Assembly (NCBI GenBank): GCA_045807765.1
Contig: JBJMGU010000271.1
Coordinates: 1,200 to 65,199, forward strand
DNA length: 64,000 bases
From: Blastocatellia bacterium
Lineage (GTDB): Bacteria; Acidobacteriota; Blastocatellia; UBA7656
Direction: 5' to 3'
In this document: piece by piece, positions 11,607-19,226 of the stretch
Numbering within the stretch: position 1 is the stretch's first letter
Layout of the letters: each line of letters begins with the position of its first letter
Notes under the pieces: model-generated
Told to the model about the DNA's origin: nothing
Seen by the model: the letters and a program-made list of their open reading frames with translations, nothing else
Database searches by the model: none
Position numbers and translations under genes: made by a program

Positions 11607-11978
11607 ATGCTGAAGAGGGTTTCATCACTGACGCTGATCTTGCTGGTCCTCAGCACCGTCACGGTCGGACACGCCTACGGAAAAGACAATAAGAATCAGG
11701 AGCGTGCCGCATCGAAAATCAAACAGAAGCTCAACAAGTTTGAATTGCCTGCTCCCGTGATCGTGAAAGCAACTGATGGCAGAGAATGGAATGGCAGTCT
11801 CGTAGAAATCGATGATGATAGCTTCGTGCTTCTGTCGAGCGCGCAGAGAGACAGAATCGTCATCGCTTATTCCGAAGTCAAGCAGGTGAAATATAACGGA
11901 TCGACCGGCGGGGCAAACCTCGGCCCGGCATTCCTGGTCGCCGGTGCCGTGATTCTCTTGATCAGTCTGCTCCGTTGA
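11607..11978 (+). CDS. Small secreted or membrane-anchored hypothetical protein in a low-GC patch
   Basis: Signal peptide MLKRVSSLTLILLVLSTVTVGHA and a C-terminal hydrophobic segment AFLVAGAVILLISLL. The local GC is noticeably lower than the flanks (about 11430-11980). Confidence 0.5.
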   Translation: MLKRVSSLTLILLVLSTVTVGHAYGKDNKNQERAASKIKQKLNKFELPAPVIVKATDGREWNGSLVEIDDDSFVLLSSAQRDRIVIAYSEVKQVKYNGSTGGANLGPAFLVAGAVILLISLLR

Positions 11979-12023
11979 GCGATGCGGCAGCCCGCGCCGC
12001 CAGCAACACTACCCGGCGTCATC

Positions 12024-14795
12024 TTACTGGCTCGTCAGCAGCGCCACAGGGAAGCGGCGCAGCGCGTCGGCGACAACGATCTGTTTGATCGAAGGCAATG
12101 ATTCATCCGTGAACGCGTGACGCCATACGCGTGGCACCTGCTTTGGCAGCTCAACCGCTGTGTCGCCCCACAGATCGCCAATCGGCAACGCCGCCTCATC
12201 AATCAGCGACACCAACAAACGCGGCGCGATGACGACGGCCAGATGATCGCCGTGCCGCCGCGCAAAGGCGATGACATGCGCCGCGTGCTCGCCGGTCACC
12301 GCAAGCGGCAGGTACTCGCCCTGCTCGAACAGCTCGCGATGGTCGCGCCGCGCCTGCAACGCGCGGTGCGTCACAAACAGCTTGATGCGCCCGTCTTCGC
12401 GTGTCCTTAGCAATTCGTCGGCGAGCGTCGCCACGTTCGACTCGGCAGCTCGGCGCAGTTCGTCGAGCAGTCGCCGCCGCTGCTCGTAATCCACAGGCCG
12501 CCGATTGTCCGGGTCTACCAGACTGAAATCCCACAGCTCGGTTCCTTGATACAGGTCGGGCACGCCCGACACCGTGAGCTTGATGACGACCTGCGCCAGC
12601 GAATTGAAAACACCGTAATGCGCCACGCGCTTTTGAAACGCCGTGAAGCTCGCCAGAAACTCCGGCGACGCGATCAACAGCTTCTCCGTAAAATCGAGCA
12701 GCGCCGCTTCATACTCGGCGTTGTTGTCTAACCAGAAGGTGTGCGTCTTGGCTTCGCGCGCCGCCTTGAGCATGTACTGCTTCATGCGCTCGACAAAGCC
12801 ATTGCCCGCGCCCTCGGCAAATGGCCATGCGCCGATGAGCGTTTGATAGAGAAAGTATTCGCGATTGCGGCTCGGCACTTCTTCGTCCTCGACCGCGCGC
12901 TTTAGTCTTTGGTTCAGCTCATGCCATAGCTCGATGTGCCGCTGCCATTCGTCGGGCATCTCTGACAGCACATTGATGCGGGCTCGCATATCTTCACCGC
13001 GCTTGGTGTCGTGCGTCGCCGTGGCGTTCATGGTCTGTGGAAACGAGCGCGCCCGCCTTTCGATGGCTTGATGAAAATCCTCGACCGAGAAGCCAAAGCG
13101 CCCGGGATTGCCGCCGACTTCGTTGAGCGACACCAGCCGGTTGAAGACGTAAAACGCCGTGTCTTCCAGCCCCTTGGCCATCAGCGGCGAAGTGAACTGC
13201 TGGAAGCGCATCACAAAATCGCGCCACTGCGCCCGGTGGTCTTCGGCGAGGTATTCGGGATAATCGAGCAGCAGCACCTGGCGCAGAAAATCGAGGGCGC
13301 GCTCAAGCGATGGATTCCGCAGCTTCGCTTTTTCGATGGCCTCTTTGACCTGACGGCGCTCTTGGCGGCTGATCTCGCCGCCGGCGATGTAGGTTCGATA
13401 GACCGGGAAGACGGCGGCGGCTTCCGTGATCGCCTGCATCAAGGCTTCCCACGCCAGGTCAATGGCATCGCGCGCCGTCGTCGAGATGGTCTTCAGCAGC
13501 GAAGTCAAATTGTCGAGGTCGCCGGTCAGGTGGCGCTCGATGATCAACTTTTTCTTCTCATATAGCAGATCATCGTACGCCAGCGCCTCGCCACTGAAAG
13601 CCGAGTAGATTTCCTGAAAGCGCGCTTCGTTATTCTGATCAACGAACAGCTCATTGACGAAATTCATGAAGTCGTAGCCGGTCGTCCCTTGAACCGGCCA
13701 ATGCTCCGGCAGTTGCTCGCTCAGCTCAAGAATCTTTTCGACAACGATGAAAGCGTCGGGAGCGCGGCGGCGCAAGCGCTCGACGTATTCGGTCGGGTTA
13801 TACAGTCCGTCCACGTGATCGATGCGCAAGCCATCAATCTTGCCGTCACGCAGCAGGCCGAGCGCCAGGCGATGCACGACATCAAAGACCCGTTCGTCTT
13901 CCATGCGCAGCGAGATCAGCTCGTTGATGTTGAAGAAGCGCTGGTAATTGATCTCTTTTGAGGCGACGCGCCAGTAGGTGAATTGAAACCACTGCTGCGC
14001 CAGCATGGCGTCGAGCAGGTTGACATCGCCGTTGAACTCGACGACGCGGCGGTCAACAAATTCGCGCACCGCCGGGTTGTCGCGGTACATCGCCCAGAGC
14101 GCGTCACGCGCCAAAAGCATCTGCGCCGTGCGCGACAGCGGGTCGGCCTGGGCATTGTCGGCGAGGTTGGTCAGCACAACGACGATGCCGAGCATCTTGA
14201 TGAAGTCGGTGTCATCAGCGCCCAACCGCTCTTGCAGCTCGCTCAGTTGATGGCTGATGACCGTCGCATAAGATTCGATGCGCAGCGGGTAGACCGAATC
14301 ATAGTACTTCACGGCGAAATTGCCGTCGCCGTATTGCAAGGCAAGCTCGCCGCTTTCGAGCGTTTCGCCGTAAGGCTTGCCGAGGAATGGCGCGATGATC
14401 TTGCCGCGCAGGTTTTCGCGCAGGTGATTCCAGAGAATGTCGAAGAAGCCGAAGTAAGGCGAGCCGGGGCCTTTCTCGAAGACATCCATCAGCATGCGGT
14501 TGCGGCTGTCGTAAGCCATGTGGTTCGGCACGAAGTCCTGCAACCACGTCATCTCCTGTCGTTGAACCGTGGCAATCAAGGTATCGAACGCTTCCTCGGT
14601 GCCAAGCTCCGGGTTCAAATGATTCGGGTCTGTGATGTCATAGCCATGCGTGCTGCCGGGCCGCGCCTTGAAGATGGGCGAAGCGTAGACGGTCGAAACA
14701 CCAAGCGCTGCCAGGTAATCAATGATCCGCTCTGCATTGGCGAAACCGAACTCTGGCGTAAACTGCAACCGGTAAGTCGCCAGCCACTTGCTCAT
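12024..14795 (-). CDS. treY: Malto-oligosyltrehalose synthase
   Basis: 923 aa. The N-terminal GH13-type sequence YRLQFTPEFGFANAERIIDYLAALGVSTVYASPIFKA...HGYDITDP and the overall length are typical of TreY. Confidence 0.85.
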   Translation of the reverse strand: MSKWLATYRLQFTPEFGFANAERIIDYLAALGVSTVYASPIFKARPGSTHGYDITDPNHLNPELGTEEAFDTLIATVQRQEMTWLQDFVPNHMAYDSRNRMLMDVFEKGPGSPYFGFFDILWNHLRENLRGKIIAPFLGKPYGETLESGELALQYGDGNFAVKYYDSVYPLRIESYATVISHQLSELQERLGADDTDFIKMLGIVVVLTNLADNAQADPLSRTAQMLLARDALWAMYRDNPAVREFVDRRVVEFNGDVNLLDAMLAQQWFQFTYWRVASKEINYQRFFNINELISLRMEDERVFDVVHRLALGLLRDGKIDGLRIDHVDGLYNPTEYVERLRRRAPDAFIVVEKILELSEQLPEHWPVQGTTGYDFMNFVNELFVDQNNEARFQEIYSAFSGEALAYDDLLYEKKKLIIERHLTGDLDNLTSLLKTISTTARDAIDLAWEALMQAITEAAAVFPVYRTYIAGGEISRQERRQVKEAIEKAKLRNPSLERALDFLRQVLLLDYPEYLAEDHRAQWRDFVMRFQQFTSPLMAKGLEDTAFYVFNRLVSLNEVGGNPGRFGFSVEDFHQAIERRARSFPQTMNATATHDTKRGEDMRARINVLSEMPDEWQRHIELWHELNQRLKRAVEDEEVPSRNREYFLYQTLIGAWPFAEGAGNGFVERMKQYMLKAAREAKTHTFWLDNNAEYEAALLDFTEKLLIASPEFLASFTAFQKRVAHYGVFNSLAQVVIKLTVSGVPDLYQGTELWDFSLVDPDNRRPVDYEQRRRLLDELRRAAESNVATLADELLRTREDGRIKLFVTHRALQARRDHRELFEQGEYLPLAVTGEHAAHVIAFARRHGDHLAVVIAPRLLVSLIDEAALPIGDLWGDTAVELPKQVPRVWRHAFTDESLPSIKQIVVADALRRFPVALLTSQ

Positions 14796-14815
14796 GCTCT
14801 ACTCCCAACTTCCCT

Positions 14816-17239
14816 TTATGCGCTCTTGAGGCGCAAATAATCGCTCAAGCGAATGAAGCGCTCGATCCACAAGGTCGCGCTACGGTCGCCATTGGTGTTG
14901 CGCTCGATCATCTCGCCGAGCATCTGTTTGCTGGTCACAAAGAGTTGATTGCGCACCTTGAACAGATCGAGCGCCAGCCCCAGCCCTTCAAGCGCCGTTA
15001 GCATCGCGTGCAACTGTTCGAGCGGCGCGCTCTCTTGCGGGACGCGGCGGAACTGTTCGATCAACGATTGCGCGCGGCGACTGGCGACAAAGCCAAGCGT
15101 CGTGCGGTCAACCTCGAAGCGCCAGCGATTGACCTCTTCAATCAAGCCGGCCACCTGCGCGGCGTCGAACTCCGTCTGTTCAATTGCCTGCCGCAAGTCG
15201 CTGTTGATCGTCATCTCTGCCGTCACCAGCAGGGCTTTCGGAATCGGCGCATGCTGCTCGCGCATCGCCCGCATGATCGGGTAGTGGTGGCCGTAGATGC
15301 TGCGAAACGAGCCGGCCACTTCGTCCAGCGTCGTCTTCAGGATGCGATCCCACACCCGGCGCTGCTCGTCGCGGAACAGGTGCCACAGCGAATAGTTGTG
15401 CGTCTCGAAATGCTTGTCCATCAGGCGAATGATCTCCGCAAGATCGCTGCGGTCAAACGCCTCTTTGATGTCGCGGCGCATAGTGGCGAAGCTCGCTTCG
15501 TCCTTAAGCTCGCAAACGCCGCCGAGCAGGTTGTGATCGCCGAGGTGCAAGACGGCGAAACTTATCAGGCTCTCGGCGGCGGTGACGTTCGAGCGCAGGT
15601 GCGCCGAACCGAGGGCCAGTTTCTGGCGGCCCGCTTCACGGCGCTCGTACGCTCCGCGCTTTGCCTTGTAAGCGTAGATCGTCACCTCGTCGGCGTAATC
15701 TTCAAACAGCGATGACACCGCGTAATGCGCGCCGACGCGCAGCAGATCAACCTGCATCGGCTTGACGAAGCTGTGATAAACATCCGCGCCGGTCGGATGC
15801 TCGGCGAGGTTCGACGGCGCGTGAGCGAGTAGCTTGATGAATTGCGGCTCAAGATCAACGCCGGTGGTCTTGTGAGCCAGTTGGATGGCGCGCGCCGCGT
15901 AGGCCATTACCTGCGTCGTTTCGATGCCGGAGATTTCGTCAAAGAACCAGCCGCAACTGGTATACATCAGCATGGCGTGGCGCTGCATTTCGAGCAGCCG
16001 GAAAGCGCGCACCTCGTCGGCCTTCGACCACTCGCGCACGGCATGGGCCGCGAAAAAGCGCGCGACGTTTTCATCGCCGCGGTCGAGGATAACGCGGATG
16101 TAATCGTCGCGTGCCTGCCACGGGTCGCGGACATATTCGGCCATCGTCTTTGCGTAAAGCACGGCCATCTCGTCGCGCAGCCAGTCCATTGCTTCGCGCA
16201 AGGGCCGACGCCATGCCTGTGACCAGTCCTTGCGGCCCATGTTGCAGCCGCAGTTGCTGCGCCAGCGCTCGACGCCGTGCGCGCAACTCCACGAGGTGTT
16301 CTCGATGATCTCGACTTCGTGGGTCGGCGGGTGCTGTTCGAGGAACTCGCCATAGACCGCCAGCCGCGCCAGATGGTTCGCTTCGATGTGGTGCAGGCAA
16401 TAGGCGAGCGCCATGTCGCCGAAGCGGTGATGGTGGCCGTAGGTTTCGCCGTCGGTGGCGACGTGGGCCAGTTGGGTGTCGTTGCGCCGGGCGTCAAAGC
16501 CGCCGAGCAAACGGTTGGCGAATTCGACGCCGCTGGCGAGCAGCCCGCCGAAAGCGACCTCTTGAGCAATCGGCCCATCATAGAAGAACAGGTTGATCGA
16601 GCGGCCCGACGGCAGGCGGCAGCGATAGGCCATGCGCGAATCGATGCGCCCGCCCGAAGCGTCGCGCCAGCGCCGCAGGTTGCGCTTGCGGACGCGCCCG
16701 GCCTGGCGCGGCGCAAGAATCGTGAAAAGGATTTCCTGTTCGGCGAGCGCTTCAAGCGTCGCCAGATCAACGGCGGTCTCGGCCAGCCACATGCCTTCGG
16801 GCCGGCGACCGAAGCGATGCGCGAAATCTTCGATGCCCCAGATGACCTGCGTGCGCTGATCGCGCGCGCTCGCCAGCGGCATGATCATATGATTGTAGAC
16901 CTGTGCGATGGCTGCGCCGTGGCCGTTGAAGCGCCGCCGGCTTTCGTGATCGGCTTCGACGATGGCCGCATGAACGTCACGGGCGTGACGCGCCATCCAG
17001 CTCATCAGCGTCGGCCCGAAGTTAAAGCTGATTCGCGAATAGTTGTTGACGATTTCAGTGATGCTCTTATCCGCCGCCAGAATGCGCGAGGCGGCGTTCG
17101 GGGCGTAGCATTCCGAGGTGACGCGCTCGTTCCAGTCGTGATATGGGTAAGCCGAATCCTGTAGCTCGACCTCTTCGAGCCAGGGATTCTCGCGCGGCGG
17201 CTGGTAGAAATGTCCGTGAATGCAAATCTGGCGATCCAT
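14816..17239 (-). CDS. Glycoside hydrolase family 57 protein (alpha-glucan-active; long DUF3536-type C-terminus)
   Basis: N-terminal HGHFYQPPRENPW is the hallmark GH57 motif. 807 aa. It sits 20 nt upstream of treY on the same strand. Confidence 0.8.
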   Translation of the reverse strand: MDRQICIHGHFYQPPRENPWLEEVELQDSAYPYHDWNERVTSECYAPNAASRILAADKSITEIVNNYSRISFNFGPTLMSWMARHARDVHAAIVEADHESRRRFNGHGAAIAQVYNHMIMPLASARDQRTQVIWGIEDFAHRFGRRPEGMWLAETAVDLATLEALAEQEILFTILAPRQAGRVRKRNLRRWRDASGGRIDSRMAYRCRLPSGRSINLFFYDGPIAQEVAFGGLLASGVEFANRLLGGFDARRNDTQLAHVATDGETYGHHHRFGDMALAYCLHHIEANHLARLAVYGEFLEQHPPTHEVEIIENTSWSCAHGVERWRSNCGCNMGRKDWSQAWRRPLREAMDWLRDEMAVLYAKTMAEYVRDPWQARDDYIRVILDRGDENVARFFAAHAVREWSKADEVRAFRLLEMQRHAMLMYTSCGWFFDEISGIETTQVMAYAARAIQLAHKTTGVDLEPQFIKLLAHAPSNLAEHPTGADVYHSFVKPMQVDLLRVGAHYAVSSLFEDYADEVTIYAYKAKRGAYERREAGRQKLALGSAHLRSNVTAAESLISFAVLHLGDHNLLGGVCELKDEASFATMRRDIKEAFDRSDLAEIIRLMDKHFETHNYSLWHLFRDEQRRVWDRILKTTLDEVAGSFRSIYGHHYPIMRAMREQHAPIPKALLVTAEMTINSDLRQAIEQTEFDAAQVAGLIEEVNRWRFEVDRTTLGFVASRRAQSLIEQFRRVPQESAPLEQLHAMLTALEGLGLALDLFKVRNQLFVTSKQMLGEMIERNTNGDRSATLWIERFIRLSDYLRLKSA

Positions 17240-17454
17240 TCGCCGTCTCCATCATCTGCCCTGCGAAGCATCCGTGTCGGTCATCAACTCACAGGCTCTT
17301 ACGACCATGCTTAACTATGGCGTAAGCAACCGCCGCGAGCAAGCATGCGCGGGGCGCGTTTCCCACTTGACAGAACCTGACATTCGTAGACGGATAAACT
17401 ACAATGGTGAGCGCCGCGCACCAGCCGGCAATGATTCGTGGTGAGATTGAGCCT

Positions 17455-18090
17455 ATGAGCTTACCGCATTCGCAGCCTCGTTATACAGTCGAAGAATACC
17501 TCGCGCTGGAGCGCGCCGCGGAAGCGCGTCATGAATTTCTCGATGGCCAGGTGTATCTGATGGCGGGCGAAAGCCTGGAGCACGGGACGATCTGCACCAA
17601 CCTCAGCGGCCAGCTTTATAACCAGCTCAGAGGAAAACCCTGTCAGGTGTTTTCCAAAGACATGAAAGTCCGCAGCGGCCCGGAGCCAAAATCGCGCTAC
17701 GAGAGCAAAGGCCTGTACTCGTATCCTGATCTGGTGGTGGTTTGCGGAGAAGCCCGGTTTCATGACGAACATCGTGACGTACTGCTCAACCCGACGGCCA
17801 TCATTGAAGTCTTATCGCCGACGACCGAAGCCTTTGACCGGGGCGAAAAATGGTCGCGTTATCAAACATGGCTGCCGTCGCTGACGCATTACGTTCTCGT
17901 CTCGCAAGCCAAGTCGCAGCTTGAACACTACCTGCGCCAGCCGAATGGCGAATGGCTTTACTCCTCTGTGAAAGAGCGAACGGGAAGTCTCTATCTTGCG
18001 GCGATTGATTCTACGCTACGGCTGGCCGAAGTTTACGACCGCGTCGTTTTTCCCATCCAGTCAGTCGAGCAGCCAGATGAAAAGGGATGA
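17455..18090 (+). CDS. Uma2-family (DUF820) putative restriction-endonuclease-like protein
   Basis: Characteristic Uma2 sequence: YTVEEYLALERAAEARHEFLDGQVYLMAGESLEHGTICTNL...PDLVVVC...EVLSPTT. Start at MSLPHS. Confidence 0.75.
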   Translation: MSLPHSQPRYTVEEYLALERAAEARHEFLDGQVYLMAGESLEHGTICTNLSGQLYNQLRGKPCQVFSKDMKVRSGPEPKSRYESKGLYSYPDLVVVCGEARFHDEHRDVLLNPTAIIEVLSPTTEAFDRGEKWSRYQTWLPSLTHYVLVSQAKSQLEHYLRQPNGEWLYSSVKERTGSLYLAAIDSTLRLAEVYDRVVFPIQSVEQPDEKG

Positions 18091-18110
18091 GCGTTGTCGG
18101 CTCTCGCAGG

Positions 18111-19115
18111 TCAGTCGGCAGTGGCCGCGAACTCGCGCCAGAGCGCCGTCAGGCGCGCTTTCAGCTCGTCATCCTTGAAGCCATGCAGGTAAGGCGAGAA
18201 GGGCTTGCGGCGGGTGTGGTAGAGGTCGAAGTAGCCGAGCATCTTTTCGTCTTCGTTGCGAATCAGCAATCGCGCAAACTGGTTGTTGTAGAGGCGATCA
18301 AAGGCCGCGTCAATTCCCTGCACCATCAAGAACTCGATGAAGCGTTCCTTGCGGTCGAGCAGGGCGATGACCAGCGGGTCGGTCGGCGCGGGGTCGCTTT
18401 CGCCTGCTTCATCGCGCCCGGCCCTCTCGGCGAGCGCGCCCTGTTTGGCGAGCTGGTCGGCGCGCTCGTTCCAGCGATTACCGGTGTGCGCGGCGACCTT
18501 GCGCCAGCGAATGCGTATGCCCGACTGGCGCACCGTTTGGCCATACGCCTGAGTCATTGACTGATTGGCCTTCCACGCGCCGGTCGCCCATTTCTCGACG
18601 CCATAGTAATCGTAAAAAATCTCGACTTCACCGACCTCGTGTTCCCGGCACCAGCCTAAGCCTTCTTCGACGGCGCGCAGCTCGCCCGCGACCTGACGCG
18701 TGCCGTTGACTTCGATTGCTGCGACCGGGCCACACAGCTCGGTGACGACCGCGCCGTCGCGCAAGATCACCACGGCGTAGCCGGTCGCATGGTTGATGTA
18801 CGAGCCGTCAACGTACATCTGCCAGCCGCGCGCCGTCGTTGCGGCTGAGCGTGGCTCGTCGTGCCAGCAATCTTCAAGACGGGCGACGAGTGCTTGGTCT
18901 TTCAGCTCATGCGTCTTCAGCGAAAAGGCGTTGGCCTTTGGGCTGAAATAGAGATTGACGTTTCCGTAATCTCGGCCACCAACCGACACGGCGACCTTAA
19001 CGGTGTAGTCGCGGAAAGAATCATCGAGGATTGCGCCGCTGATGTCGGCGCGAGCGAGCGCAGCAATGAACGCCCTGGCGCGCTCGCGCAGCTTGTCTTC
19101 AAACAGATAGCCCAT
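18111..19115 (-). CDS. RNase H-like domain protein with extra N-terminal (~90 aa) and C-terminal (~100 aa) domains
   Basis: RNase H type-1 catalytic pattern: YVDGSY (Asp), AGELRAVEEGL (Glu), IFYDY (Asp), and AAHTGNRWNERADQLA (His/Asp). The flanking regions have no recognisable family. Confidence 0.75.
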   Translation of the reverse strand: MGYLFEDKLRERARAFIAALARADISGAILDDSFRDYTVKVAVSVGGRDYGNVNLYFSPKANAFSLKTHELKDQALVARLEDCWHDEPRSAATTARGWQMYVDGSYINHATGYAVVILRDGAVVTELCGPVAAIEVNGTRQVAGELRAVEEGLGWCREHEVGEVEIFYDYYGVEKWATGAWKANQSMTQAYGQTVRQSGIRIRWRKVAAHTGNRWNERADQLAKQGALAERAGRDEAGESDPAPTDPLVIALLDRKERFIEFLMVQGIDAAFDRLYNNQFARLLIRNEDEKMLGYFDLYHTRRKPFSPYLHGFKDDELKARLTALWREFAATAD

Positions 19116-19226
19116 CGGTTCGTCTCATCAATCAAGAATTGCCCGCAGCGCCGGCGCGTGGCGCGTGCCTGCGGCGCAATTAAGGATAAGACTTTTTGCG
19201 CGATTCGTCGCCTGCCGGCGCGGCGC

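Noticed and set aside
15967-17164. Long alternative-frame ORFs inside the GH57 gene (15967-16770 minus, 16277-17164 plus)
   Set aside because: Their composition is typical of antisense or frame-shifted GC-rich sequence (R/A/T/S-rich). The GH57 frame carries the HGHFYQPPRE signature.
17340-17403. TTGACA-containing putative promoter upstream of the Uma2 gene (cccacTTGACAgaacc...)
   Set aside because: A -35-like hexamer is present, but no well-spaced -10 hexamer could be assigned confidently, so it is not reported as a feature.
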